From Anaeramoeba ignava BMAN (Eukaryota > Protista > Anaeramoebae): a stretch of DNA of 64,000 nt. The stretch is taken from positions 23,076 through 87,075 of the forward strand of contig JAPDFW010000010.1 in NCBI GenBank assembly GCA_028826165.1, read 5' to 3'. The stretch's first letter is position 1. The number at the start of each line of letters is the position of its first letter. Positions 1-11,635 of the stretch are shown here, piece by piece. The notes under the pieces were generated by a model that worked only from the letters and a program-made list of their open reading frames with translations, was not told where the DNA came from and ran no database searches. A program made the position numbers and the translations under genes.

Positions 1-1484
1 TGAGGTTCTTTACAAGTAAACTTTGCAGGTATTCTATCCCCTTTATCATTTCTTAATGAAAAAATAAATGCATTTGAATCTTTAATGTATCCTTTATCTC
101 CATTAAATCCAACTTGAGTAAATCCTCCAAAAATAAAATTATCTTTTGTTTTGATAATAACTAATGTTTTTCCTTTATCATCAACTGCTTTATGCCAATT
201 TTGAGAATCAAATCCATCTTTTTTTGCTGAAAATCCTTTTTTCATTTTAGAAAAAAAATCATTATCATTTATCCATTCTTGTAATTTCTTAACATATTCA
301 ATATCTTTAATAATTTCTGAATCTGAAAATTGAGGAAAATTCTTTTGATTTTGTTTTGATTCTTCTTTTTGATTTTCTTTTTCAATTTCTTTTTGTTTGA
401 GAATTTTATCTTTCTTTTCATTTTCTTGTTTTTGGTTTTCATTTTCAGATTTGAGATTTTGATTTTCATTTTCTTTCTTTTGATTTTCTTGTTTCAAATT
501 TTCAATTTCTTTGTTTTTATCTTCAACTTCTTTCTTCCATTTCTCTTCAATTTCAATTTTCATTTGTTCATTCTCCTTTTCTTTTTCTTTGATTTTTGTT
601 TCTTTTTCTTGATCTTGAATTTGAAAAATAGTTCTTTCAAAATTAATTAAAAAAGAATTTGGAAGAAAAAAATCAAATTGTTTTAATTTATCAAAATCTT
701 GTTTTGAAATTGAATCTTTATCAAATAATGAAAAAAAAGAATGAAATAATCTTTTCTTTGCATTCATTTTGTGTTTATATTTCCTTAATTTTAATGAATT
801 AATTCTTTTTTCAATCCAATTATTTAAAAATTGAAAAAAATCAAATTGAAAAATTTCTTTTTTTTCTTGTTTAAATTGAATAAATTTGATAATTTCTTCT
901 TTAGTTAAATTGAATAAATTTTCATTATTCTGAATTTGGGAAAAATTTTGATTTATTAATTCAAAACATTTTATTTCAATTTCATTTGAATTTAAATTTC
1001 GATTTTGGAATAAAAATTGGAAAAAATTTGAATAATTAATTGAATTTGAAATTTTTTTTTGAATAATTTCTTTCAATAAATTTAATTTAAAATAAATTGA
1101 AATTTCTAATAATTGAATAAGATTTTCTTGATTCTCAAAAGAAATATTTCCATAATAAATATAACTCAAAATTGATTCCATTTCTTTTTTATTAAATTGT
1201 TTTAAAAAAATCTTATTTATCTGATCTCTATCTCTTAAAAACTCATTAAAAAAAGGAGATCTTGAAGATAAAATTGATTTATGAACTTTAATTTCAAAAG
1301 TATTTGGTTCTTTCTCAACAAAAATTGAAAAATCTTTAAATGAATTTCCATTTAAAAGGTTTGAATAATTTTTAATTAAATTTTTTGTTACTTTTTTTTC
1401 TAAATTTTTCATTTCATTTTCATTTTCATTTTGATTTTGATTTGCATTTTCAATTTGGTTATTATTATTATTATTATTATTCAT
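1..1484 (-). CDS. BTB/POZ + coiled-coil + TLDc domain protein (3' end runs off the window)
   Basis: Manual translation from the ATG at 1484. BTB: FKDFSIFV...KVHKSILSSRSPFF...MESILSYIYYG. TLDc: KKGFSAKKDGFDSQNWHKAVDDKGKTLVIIKTKDNFIFGGFTQVGF...DSNAFIFSLRND. Missing from the ORF track because there is no stop in the window. Confidence 0.85.
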   Translation of the reverse strand, partial: MNNNNNNNNQIENANQNQNENENEMKNLEKKVTKNLIKNYSNLLNGNSFKDFSIFVEKEPNTFEIKVHKSILSSRSPFFNEFLRDRDQINKIFLKQFNKKEMESILSYIYYGNISFENQENLIQLLEISIYFKLNLLKEIIQKKISNSINYSNFFQFLFQNRNLNSNEIEIKCFELINQNFSQIQNNENLFNLTKEEIIKFIQFKQEKKEIFQFDFFQFLNNWIEKRINSLKLRKYKHKMNAKKRLFHSFFSLFDKDSISKQDFDKLKQFDFFLPNSFLINFERTIFQIQDQEKETKIKEKEKENEQMKIEIEEKWKKEVEDKNKEIENLKQENQKKENENQNLKSENENQKQENEKKDKILKQKEIEKENQKEESKQNQKNFPQFSDSEIIKDIEYVKKLQEWINDNDFFSKMKKGFSAKKDGFDSQNWHKAVDDKGKTLVIIKTKDNFIFGGFTQVGFNGDKGYIKDSNAFIFSLRNDKGDRIPAKFTCKEP

Positions 1485-1910
1485 TTTGTTTTTTGTTTTT
1501 GTGTTTTTTTGTTTTTTGTTGTTTTTTGTTTTTTAAAAAAAAAGGAAAAAAATGAAAAAAAAATTTAAAAATAAAAAAAAGTGGATTTTGAAAATAAATA
1601 AAAATATAAAAAATGAGAATAAATTTAAATTAATAATTAATTTAATTTTCTTTTTAATTTATTATTTTAAATTAATTTATTAATAAATTATTATTATTTT
1701 TTTATTAATTTTTTCATTATTAAAAAAAAAAGGAAAATTATTTTAATTTAATTTTTTTTAATTTAATTTTTTTTTTGGAATTTAAAAATTATTAATAAAT
1801 TTAAATTTAAAAACAAATTTCCAAATTAATATTAATTCAATTTAATTCAAAAAGATAAAATTTTAATTTCAAAAATCAATTTTCAAAATATTTTTAAACA
1901 ATAAAATAAT

Positions 1911-2320
1911 TAAATCTAAAACAATAAATTAATATTTTAATAATAAAATTAAATATTAAATTATATTTTAAACATATATTTTTAAAATTAATTTATAAAT
2001 TAAATATTAAATTAAATCTATTCTCATTTTTATATTTATATGTTAAATATTTAAATAATAAAATATTTAAATCTAAAACATTAAATTATTATTTTTAAAC
2101 ATAAAATTAAATATTAAATTATATTTTTAAATTAATTTATAAATTAAATATTAAATTAAATTTATTTTCATTTTTTTTATATTTATATGTTAAATATTTA
2201 AATAATAAAATATTTAAATCTAAAACATTAAATTATTATTTTAATAATAAAATTAAATATTAAATTATATTTTTAAATTAATTTATAAATTAAATATTAA
2301 ATTAAACCTATTCTTATTTT
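1911..2320. repeat. Imperfect ~150-bp AT-rich minisatellite, about 3 copies
   Basis: TAAATCTAAAACA(A/T)TAAATT recurs at about 1911, 2068 and 2215, with similar sequence between the copies. Confidence 0.7.
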
Positions 2321-2376
2321 TATTGATTTTGATTATTTTAAATTTGTTAATTAATAAAAAATCAAATAAATTTAGT

Positions 2377-4140
2377 TTATTTTGATTTAATTGTTAAAAA
2401 ATAAATCAATTCCAATTTGAATAAACATAAAATTAAGGATTTTTCTTGTGTAATTTGAATATCATCTTTAATTTGATTTGAATAAATCCAATATTCAAAT
2501 ATTTGAAATGATTTATTACTTAATTCACTATAATCTGTAACTTTATTTGATTTATCATTTGTTACAGATAAAAACATTCCTCGATATAATTCACTTCTCA
2601 TTATTAATATTAGTTTAGGAAATTTATATTGTTTTTCTTTTCTTTCAATAATAAAATCTTTTTCATTTTCATTTTCATTTTCATTTAAATAAATTCTTTT
2701 CATTGTTTCTTCAATTTTTTCATTGGAATTTATAATTTCTTTAATTTCAGAATATAATTTTGGATTTATTATTCTGTTTGAATAAATCATTTCAAATATT
2801 TGATTTGATTCTTTAATTGATTTTTTTGAAATAATTTCTTGAAGTTTTTCAATTTGATTTTGATTTAATCTATATTTCAATATTAATTTATGAGCTTTGA
2901 TTATTTCTCCATTTTCTGTTTTAAATGAAATATCACAAAATTCTTTTCTTTCAAATAAGTTTATCAAATCTTCTTCAAGATTGGAAAAAGAAAGAGGAGA
3001 ATAATAAAGAAATGATTTGTGATATCCACAAGAAATATGATAATTAGAAATATTTTCATTAAATCTTAATTTAGGAAGTTCAATTTGAATTGGAATTAAT
3101 TGATCTTCTTTATCTCCAGTTCCTAATTGGCCATAATAATTATTCCCAAATCCTATAATTTTTGAATTGGAAGTTAAAATCAAAGTATGAGCATTTCCAA
3201 CAGAAAAATCAAGAATATTATTATCATCATTTTCAAATAAAGATGATTTGATTTCAGTAAATTCATAAGTATTTTCATTTTTGCCAAGTCCATTATTTCT
3301 ATAAAATCCACATGAATAAAGTTTTCTTTTTGGATTTTCATCTTCATTTTCATTTTCATTTTCAATCAACATTATTGAATAAAGAAATCCACATTGAATA
3401 TCAATTATTTTACCTTTTGGAATATTTTGGATTTGGGTTAATTTTTGGATTTTTGTTTCTTTTCTTCTTGATTCTCCTAATCCAAGTTGACCTTTTTCAT
3501 TATCGCCGCATCCAAATAATTCTTTATTTGAATTTAAAAGAAAAACATAAAATGAAATATTTCCTGAAAATATTTTAGAAACATTTTTCATCATTAAAAT
3601 TGGTTTTTCTGTTTTTTTAAGTGTTTGATAATCAAAACCAAGTTGACCATATTGATTTGAACCAATTCCATAAACATTTTGATTTGAAGTTAATAAGTAA
3701 ATTGAACTTCTTCCAGAAACAATATCTTGAATTATTCTATCATTTGGATCTTCAATTAATGATGAAATGTTGATAAATTCTTTTGTATTTTTTGGATTAA
3801 TATCATATCCTTTGGCAAATACATTTCCTTCTTTTGTTAAAATAGCTTCATTTTCCCAACCAACAGTTACTTTTTGAATATTTTCTTCAATTTGGATTTT
3901 TTCAGGATTTTGTTTTGAATCATTTTCATTTAAATATTCTATTGCTTTTCCATTTTCAAAAAGGAAAATTGTTGAAAAACTCGATGATGAAATTTGTTTA
4001 ATTTGTTTTCCATTTTCATTTTCATTTTCATTTTCATTTTCATTTTCAAATTTAAATTGAATTGGTTTTATTATTATTTCTGGTTTATTTTTGAAAAGTT
4101 TTGGATATTTATTTCTTCCAAAAAATAAAATTTCATTCAT
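2377..4140 (-). CDS. RCC1-repeat + BTB/POZ domain protein
   Basis: RCC1 repeats (GIGSNQYGQLG, GCGDNEKGQLGLG, GFGNNYYGQLGTG, FSVGNAHTLIL) followed by two BTB-like segments (FCDISF...IKAHKLIL; KDFII...LILIMRSELYRGMF). Intronless. The extreme C-terminus looks indel-damaged. Confidence 0.9.
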   Translation of the reverse strand: MNEILFFGRNKYPKLFKNKPEIIIKPIQFKFENENENENENENGKQIKQISSSSFSTIFLFENGKAIEYLNENDSKQNPEKIQIEENIQKVTVGWENEAILTKEGNVFAKGYDINPKNTKEFINISSLIEDPNDRIIQDIVSGRSSIYLLTSNQNVYGIGSNQYGQLGFDYQTLKKTEKPILMMKNVSKIFSGNISFYVFLLNSNKELFGCGDNEKGQLGLGESRRKETKIQKLTQIQNIPKGKIIDIQCGFLYSIMLIENENENEDENPKRKLYSCGFYRNNGLGKNENTYEFTEIKSSLFENDDNNILDFSVGNAHTLILTSNSKIIGFGNNYYGQLGTGDKEDQLIPIQIELPKLRFNENISNYHISCGYHKSFLYYSPLSFSNLEEDLINLFERKEFCDISFKTENGEIIKAHKLILKYRLNQNQIEKLQEIISKKSIKESNQIFEMIYSNRIINPKLYSEIKEIINSNEKIEETMKRIYLNENENENEKDFIIERKEKQYKFPKLILIMRSELYRGMFLSVTNDKSNKVTDYSELSNKSFQIFEYWIYSNQIKDDIQITQEKSLILCLFKLELIYFLTIKSK

Positions 4141-4440
4141 TTTTGAAAAGAAAAAAATGAAAAAATGAATTTTAATTTTAATTTTTAATTTTAATTTTAA
4201 ATTTTAATTTAAATTTTAATTTTAATTTTAATTTTAATTTTAATTTTAATTTTAATTTTAATTTTAATTTTGATTTTAATTTTGATTTTTAATTTAAATT
4301 TTAATTTTAATTTTAATTTTAATTTTAATTTTAAATTTTAATTTTAATTTAATTTTAATTTTAATTTTAATTTTAATTTTGATTTTAATTTTGATTTTAA
4401 TTTTAATTTTAATTTTAATTTTAATTTTAATTTTTTGTGA

Positions 4441-6856
4441 TTAAAGCTCTTTTTTCTCATTTGTATTTGTATTTGTATTTGTATTTGTATTTGTTTCATT
4501 TTTAACTTTTTGAAGAGATTCAGGAGCAATTTCAAGAAGAGAACGAACATAATAAGGAATTATAGAAGGATGAAAATTTTGAGGACGAGGAACTTCTTTT
4601 GAAAATTTACAGTTTAAAAGTGAATTAACAAAAGATTTTGGAATTTGAGTTATTCCATGGAAAGCGCCAATTAAACCACAAACAATAGCAGCATTAGTAT
4701 CAGTATCACCGCCACCCAAGAGGGTTTCTTTCAAGGCTAATTCGAAACTTGTTCCCAATAGTAAATGTCTAAATGCATGAACAAATGCAATTTTAACAAA
4801 TCCTGCTAATGGATAGTATGGAATATCCTTATTCTCTTTTGCTAATCCAATCCATTCTTGTACTTCTTCACATGCGTTCTCTTTTATCCATTGTTCTGCT
4901 ATTGAAAATGCTTCTTTGTTTTCTCCTGGATGATTGATAAGATGAGCACATGCTATTACATATGCTGCAACTGCATCTGCACAACTTGGATTTGGGTGTG
5001 TTAATCTGGAATCAGTTCGTGCACATTCTGCAAGTGTTCTTTTGTTTTTCAAATTTAGTTTTTTTATAATTAAATTAATTCCAAAATTTAAATAAAAATT
5101 TAAATAAAAATTGATTTAAAAATTAATTTAAAAATTGATTTAAAAATTTAAATAAAATTGATTTAAAAATTCATTCCAAAATTGATTTAAAAATTGATTT
5201 AAAAATTGATTTAAAAATTCATTCCGAAATTGATTTAAAAATTGATTCCAAAATTTAAATAAAAATTGATTTAAAAATTGATTTAAAAATTGATTTAAAA
5301 ATTGATTTAAAAATTGATTCCAAAATTTAAATAAAAATTGAATAAAAATTGATTTAAAATTTGAATAAGAATTTAAATAAAAATTTGAATAAAATTTGAT
5401 TCCAAAATTGATTTAAAAATTCATTCCAAAATTTAAATAAAAATTAATTTAAAAATTCATTCCAAAATTGATTTAAAAATTCATTCCAAAATTGATTTAA
5501 AAATTGATTTAAAAATTGATTTAAAAATTCATTCCAAAATTTAATTAAAAATTGATTTAAAAATTGATTTAAAAATTCATTCCAAAATTGATTTAAAAAT
5601 TGATTTAAAAATTGAATTAAAAATTAATTCCAAAATTGATTTAAAAATTGATTTAAAAATTGATTTAAAAATTGATTAAAAATTCATTCCAAAATTTAAA
5701 TAAAAATTGATTTAAAAAATTGATTTAAAAATTCATTCCAAAATTAATTTCAAAATTGATTTAAAAATTGATTTAAAAATTGATTTAAAAATTTAAATAA
5801 AAATTGATTTAAAAATTCATTCCAAAATTGATTTAAAAATTGATTTAAAAATTGATTTAAAAATTGATTTAAAAATTCATTCCAAAATTGATTTAAAAAT
5901 TGATTTAAAAATTCATTCCAAAATTGATTTAAAAATTCATTTAAAAATTCATTCCAAAATTGATTTAAAATTTGAATAAAAATTTAAATAAAAATTGATT
6001 TAAAAATTCATTCCAAAATTGAATTAAAAATTGATTTAAAAATTGATTTAAAATTTAAATAAAAATTTGAATAAAATTTGAATAAAAATTGATTTAAAAT
6101 TTGATTTAAAGATTGATTTAAAAATTCATTCCAAAATTCATTCCAAAATTGATTTAAAAATTGAATAAAAATTGATTTAAAAATTGATTTAAAAATTGAT
6201 TTAAAAATTGATTTAAAAATTCATTCCAAAATTAATTTAAAAATTTGAATAAAATTTGAATAAAAATTTGAATAAAAATTTGAATAAAAATTTAATTACT
6301 TAACAGGAAGTTGATGACCCCAAATTGCTAAAGGAGTAGCTCTCATCAAACTTCCATTCGCTTTTGATTCAGAATTAAGCTTTTTTGATTGATTTATCAT
6401 TTTACTAGCAAGTTTAGGATCATCAGGATCAGCTTTCAAAATAGGAATAAGAGCTTTTTGAGTAGTATAACCCATATCAAACGGACCAGATTTGAGCCAT
6501 TGACCATACTGATAAGCGATTTGATTGATATTAAAAGTAGTCTTTGAATGATCAAGAGGAGAAATAAGACCTTTTGCTAATGAAAGTGCCATTTCAGTAT
6601 CATCAGTTAGTTGGCCACTTCCAACCCTCCAAACTCCTCCTCCAGGCATTTTTAACGCTCTTAATACTTCATCCTCATTCGGTTTTCTGCCTATCATCTC
6701 AAGATATGAACCTGATGAATCACCTATTGCTGCTCCAATAAAACATCCTAATGATTGATTGTATTTTTCCCAACTTATTTTTGTTAATTTTGATAATGAT
6801 TCCCATTCTCCTGTTTGTAAAGCTTTTAATAATTCTTTGCTTTCGTTTTGAAACAT
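4441..6856 (-). CDS. ADP-ribosylglycohydrolase (ARH/DraG family), 2 exons (6856-6300, 5038-4441), 384 aa
   Basis: Motifs GAAIGDSSG, GQLTDDTEMA, ANGSLMR, THPNP and GGDTDTNAAIVCGLIGA. A phase-2 GT-AG intron joins ...LPV-K-TLAECAR in frame. Confidence 0.92.
5039..6299 (-). repeat. 1.26-kb intron made of 12-bp satellite units (AAAATTGATTTA and AAAATTCATTCC on the + strand)
   Basis: Seen directly. Bounded by GT (6299) and AG (5039) on the minus strand. Confidence 0.85.
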
Positions 6857-7133
6857 TTCTTCTTCTTCTTCTTTTGTTATTGTTTTTGTTTTTGTTTTTT
6901 GGATAATTAGTAAAGAAAAGAGGAAAATTAAAAGAGTTTTTTTAATTAAAAATTTTGATTGTTTTTTTTTCGTTTTTTAAAAAGTAAAAAAAAAATGAAA
7001 AATGAAAATAATTTTTTGAGATTTTGAGTTTTGAATTTTGAGATTAATTTGAATTTTGAGATTAATTTGAATTTTGAGATTAATTTGAATTTTGAAAGAA
7101 AAAAAAAAAAGTGGAATTGAAAGAAAAAAAAAA

Positions 7134-9006
7134 TTAATTTGTGACGATAACTTTTGGACTAACTGCAACGTCAATGTATTCATAATAAGGAAGGAATTTG
7201 AAAACATAAATACCTTCTTGGTCAATAGTAGTTGTCAATTTACCAGTAGTATTTCCATCACAATTCAAGAATTTGAGATAAGAAGTGTTTGAGGTTTCAT
7301 TTGATTTGTAGAGTCCAATCCAATCTTGAGAATTGCCTTCTGTAACTTTCCATTCAACAGTAACTTCTTGACCCACTTGAATTTCAGTTGGAGTGACAGT
7401 CAAACTTTCTTCACCTTCAGGTCTTCTTGGGATCAAACAAGAATCAATGGTTTCGTTTGTGGAAGTTTTCAAATGGAATTTAAATCCATATGTGACTGGT
7501 TTTTCTCCTTCAAATGAGCATAATGCATAACAATGGGTTTCGATTCCTTCTTTTTGTTTAATAACTTTTAAGTTTTCTAATTCATATTCTGTTTTTCCAA
7601 CTGTTTTTGCTTTTTCTGCGATATCTTCTAATCCTTTTTTATCCCAATAATAGTAACTTGATGAAGCTGAAATTCTGACGCAAACATTCCATTTGTCTCT
7701 CCATACTTCCGAATAGATTCTTGAAAAACTTTTTGTATCATCACAATAAGTGAAGAAAGTCAATCCTATTTTAATAATTTATTTTAATATTTTATTATTT
7801 TATTAATATTTTAATATTTTAATATTTTATTATTTTATTATTTTATTAATATTTTAATATTTTATTATTTTATTATTTTATTATTTTAATATTTTAATAT
7901 TTTAATATTTTAATATTTTAATATTTTATTAATATTTTATTATTATTTTAATATTTTTATATTTTAATATTTTAATATTTTAATATTTTATTATTTTAAT
8001 ATTTTATTATATTAATATTTTATTATTTTAATATTTTAATATTTTAATATTTTGATATTATTTTATTATTTTTATATTTTTATATTGATTTTTATTTACC
8101 AGCTTGTGATTCTTTTCTCTCTTTTTCAGTAACTAAAGATAATTTTGGATTAACATGCTCAGTAACAACTCTATTCTTCTTTCCCAAAGTATCTTCAAAA
8201 ACAAGTTTAGTTCTAAAAGGTTGAGGAAGAGAAAAACTATAGAAATTTCTAAATTCATAACCTAAAGCTTCGCCTTGAAGTTCAACAACACAAGAAACAA
8301 CAACATCAACCGATTCCTTTTCTTTCAAATTGAAACTAGTTGTTCCATCAAGCCAATCATATCTTTCAAAACCTCTCCAATCTTGATATTTGACACCCAA
8401 AACAGTTCTCAAGGGAGCTTTCCATTCTTTTCCATCCCACCAAAACGCCTTGATTTCAGTAACTGAAGTTGGTTCGTTAATTGTGTTCACAACTGTCAAA
8501 TGAGAGATGAAATAATTATTGTATTTTCCACTTCTTGCATATTGATCACTTTGTACTTCCGATTTAAGATACTTAAGTCTTAATGGTCCTGGTCCTTGTG
8601 ATTCCCATACTTTCGGTTTAAGCGGTTCTCCTACCTCAAGTTTGCTTCCTTTGAAAAGTCTTTTCGGTAATTTTGGATCTGTTGGTTCAAGTTCTTGTTC
8701 TTCAATTGGAACTACTTTAACTGGTTGTGGTCCATCTTCAAATAATTCTTCTTCAATAATTTCAGCAACTTCTTCTTTTTGTTCTACTCCTTTTTTACCT
8801 GAATTATAATTTAAATTAAAATTTTTATTTATATTTTTATTTGGATTATTTTGTAAATTTAAAAAAAAGCAAAAAAAAAACTTTCAAAAAATTTTTTGCT
8901 TTTTTTTTTATTTAATATTATTTTTATTTTATTTACTTTCAAGAGCTGTTACTCTATCTTCTAATTTCTTAAGTCTTTCAATAATTTCATCGAGTTTTGC
9001 TTCCAT
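7134..9006 (-). CDS. Hypothetical protein with N-terminal coiled coil and C-terminal SKICH/Ig-like domain, 3 exons (9006-8937, 8798-8100, 7765-7134)
   Basis: GT-AG introns join the exons in frame (MEAKLDEIIERLKKLEDRVTALE-S-KKG; QA-G-LTFF). The C-terminal VTVEWKV...DWIGLYK...GIYVFKF pattern is SKICH-like. Confidence 0.65.
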
Positions 9007-9377
9007 TCTTTTTCTTTTTTAAATTTAAATTGAGAGAAAAAATGAAATTGAAAAAAAAATAAAAATAAAAATAAAAAGCAAAAAAAAAAATAATTTTTTG
9101 TTTTTTTTTTTGATCAATTCGAAAAATAAATTTAAAAAACTTTAAGTACGTCATTCAAAATTAAATATTAATTTAAAAATAATTTATTTATTCAATTTTA
9201 TATTTTTCCTTTCCAAAAAAAAAAAAATTATTTTTTCCAACTTTAAGTAAAATTTTTTTACATTTTTTATACCCTTTTAATAATAAATTTTTTTTATTTT
9301 TTCAAAAGGAAAAGAGAAATTAATACTAAAAGAATATATTAAGCCTATAAAAAAAAGTGGAATAAATAAATAAATAA

Positions 9378-9409
9378 ATAAATAAATATTTAATAATAAA
9401 AAGTGGAAT
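9378..9409 (+). repeat. 32-bp direct repeat, copy 1 (ATAAATAAATATTTAATAATAAAAAGTGGAAT)
   Basis: Identical to 10516-10547. The pair flanks the truncated NTPase ORF. Confidence 0.8.
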
Positions 9410-9532
9410 AATTTAATATTTCAATTCCTTTCATGTTTTTTCTCATTTTCCTTTCATGTTTTTTTTTCAAAATTTAAAAAAATTTTATTTTCATTTTTTT
9501 CATTTTTTTCTTTTCTTATTAATTGAAAACGA

Positions 9533-10486
9533 ATGAAACAAATGGAAATTGAAATAAATGAAAATATTAGTAAAAACCAAGATAGTCTAACTTTGGATGT
9601 ATTACCATTCAAAGATCATTTAAAGCAAGAGAATTGTAATAGAGTTATTCTTGTGAAGAATATTTTCGAAAATTTACCAACAGGAATGAAAAAAAGCGTA
9701 ATTGGAAATTATATTCCAATCATGATTCGAAATCAAACACAAAAATTCATCCGTGATATAGCACAAAAATATATTCCAGAATTTGAGATTGATCAAATGA
9801 ACACCAGAAAAATTATCATTCATGATCTTGAATCAAATACAAAACAAATTGTTCCTCAAGTAAAACCACCAACAAATGCTATTTTGGCAGGACCTTCAGG
9901 AGCTGGGAAATCTTATATGCTTTTTCATATTGCCTACTTTTGCTCCCAACTTGAGAAATGGTTTGTTCTTTATATTCCTCAATTTGCAGATCTAAGAAAA
10001 CAACCAAGCCATAAAGCAGCTCGTTTTATTGTTCGGAATCTTTACAAATTATATAAGAAAGAATTGTTTGAATTTTATAAATTTCCATATGATGAAAAAT
10101 TGTGGGATATTGAAAATCCTAATGAAAATCAAAAGAATCAAATGTTTCAAACTTGTACCAACTTGCTTTCTAATTTAACATTAGGATTTTTTGAAAAACA
10201 TCACATATTGATTGCAATAGATCAATGGAATGTTCTTTTTCGACCAAAAGAATCAAAAGAATCAAAAGAAGATGAGCATGTTTTAGATTTTTTTAAAGTA
10301 TTTAGATCAATCCCAAATGGACTGTTTATCACTGCTGTCAGTTCAACCTTTGATCCTGTTGACAAATTACAAGATGCAGACTATGTTACATATAAACAGA
10401 ATGTTGAATTGTATAACGAAATGGAATTGGAATCAATGATCAATCATCAAAAAATGTTACATTATATACCTCAAAAAAGGGATTAA
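9533..10486 (+). CDS. Truncated Crinkler-like P-loop NTPase (paralog of 52606-54420, nuclease half missing); possibly a pseudogene
   Basis: Walker A AILAGPSGAGKS and Walker B ILIAIDQWN. Colinear with the 52606 protein (LPFxxHLKxEN, WxVLYxP, SIPNG, SSxFDP) but stops abruptly at YIPQKRD*. Confidence 0.75.
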   Translation: MKQMEIEINENISKNQDSLTLDVLPFKDHLKQENCNRVILVKNIFENLPTGMKKSVIGNYIPIMIRNQTQKFIRDIAQKYIPEFEIDQMNTRKIIIHDLESNTKQIVPQVKPPTNAILAGPSGAGKSYMLFHIAYFCSQLEKWFVLYIPQFADLRKQPSHKAARFIVRNLYKLYKKELFEFYKFPYDEKLWDIENPNENQKNQMFQTCTNLLSNLTLGFFEKHHILIAIDQWNVLFRPKESKESKEDEHVLDFFKVFRSIPNGLFITAVSSTFDPVDKLQDADYVTYKQNVELYNEMELESMINHQKMLHYIPQKRD

Positions 10487-10515
10487 AATAAATAAATAAA
10501 TAAATAAATATATAT

Positions 10516-10547
10516 ATAAATAAATATTTAATAATAAAAAGTGGAAT
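10516..10547 (+). repeat. 32-bp direct repeat, copy 2
   Basis: Identical to 9378-9409. Confidence 0.8.
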
Positions 10548-10707
10548 TAAAAGTTGGATTAAGTTTTTATTGATTTTGAAATGCAAAAATCAAAAACAAC
10601 TTGCTTTTTTTTTGAAGTAAAAAAAAAATGAAGTAAAAAAAAAAAGTGGAACAAATTTAAAGAAAAAGAAATTATTTTGTTTTTCAAAAAAAAAAGAAAA
10701 TTAGAAA

Positions 10708-11635
10708 TTAGTTTGAATCTGAAAATGAAGAAGAAAAAGATTCAGATTTTGATTTAGATTTTGATTTAGATTTTGATTTTGATTTTGATTTTGATTTTGA
10801 TTTTGATTTTGATTTTGATTTAGATTTTGATTTTTTAGTTGGAGATTTTGTTTTAGTTTTATTTGGTGATTTAGATTTAGTTGGAGATTTAGTTTTAGTT
10901 TTAGTTTTAGTTTTAGTTGGAGATTTAGATTTAGTTTGAATATCACTTCCTTCTAAAGCTGCTTTTGGAATTGTATCTCTTTGATATTTACAACCAGCAG
11001 GAATTACAAGATATTTTTGTTTGTTTTCAAAATGAGTAAGATCATCAATTTTCTTTCCACGAATTGTACAAATTCCAGTTACTCCTTGTTGGCATTTGCA
11101 AACTTTTCCCAAATGTTGTTTAAGCTAAAAACAAAATTTAAATTAAAAATAAAATTCATTTATAAAATTAAAAATTAAAAAATTTCTTTTTGGTTTTTAG
11201 TTTAAATTACTTGATCCATATTTCGAAAATTTTTAAGAAGAACTTTTTGTCCCTATTTATATTTATAAATTTATATTTTTATATTTATATTTTTATATTT
11301 ATATTTTTATATTTATATTTTTATATTTATATTTTTATATTTATATATTTATATTTATATTTTGTTTTATTTTATTAACATAATTTTAACAGTTTTTTTG
11401 TTTTAAGATCGTTTTTCCACAAATTTTTTTATTATTATTTTGATTTTATTTTGATTTTATTTTTATTTTGATTTTATTTTGATTTTATTGATTAATTTTT
11501 TTTTTTTTTATATTTTTTATTTACTTGATCAGCTCTTTCTCGAATATTAAAAAAATAAACAAATGGAGGAGTTGTTGCTTGAACTCCAAATTTTTCAACA
11601 GGTTTTTGTGAATAACTCTTTGAAAATGAAGACAT
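10708..11635 (-). CDS. Doublecortin (DCX) domain protein with basic K/S/T-rich tail, 3 exons (11635-11525, 11252-11211, 11124-10708)
   Basis: Spliced product VYFFNIRERADQGQKVLLKNFRNMDQLKQHLGKV...GVTGICTIRGKKIDDLTHFENKQKYLV fits the DCX fold pattern. Both introns are phase 0, GT-AG. Confidence 0.7.

Noticed and set aside
5039-6299. Regularly spaced repeats as a possible CRISPR array
   Set aside because: There are no unique spacers and no cas genes, and the array lies in a eukaryotic intron.
9533-10486. NTPase as mitochondrial ribosomal protein DAP3/mS29
   Set aside because: The Walker A/B context is similar, but the full-length paralog has a nuclease-like C-terminal domain and no targeting peptide is evident. 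A Crinkler-type NTPase fits better, though this is unconfirmed.
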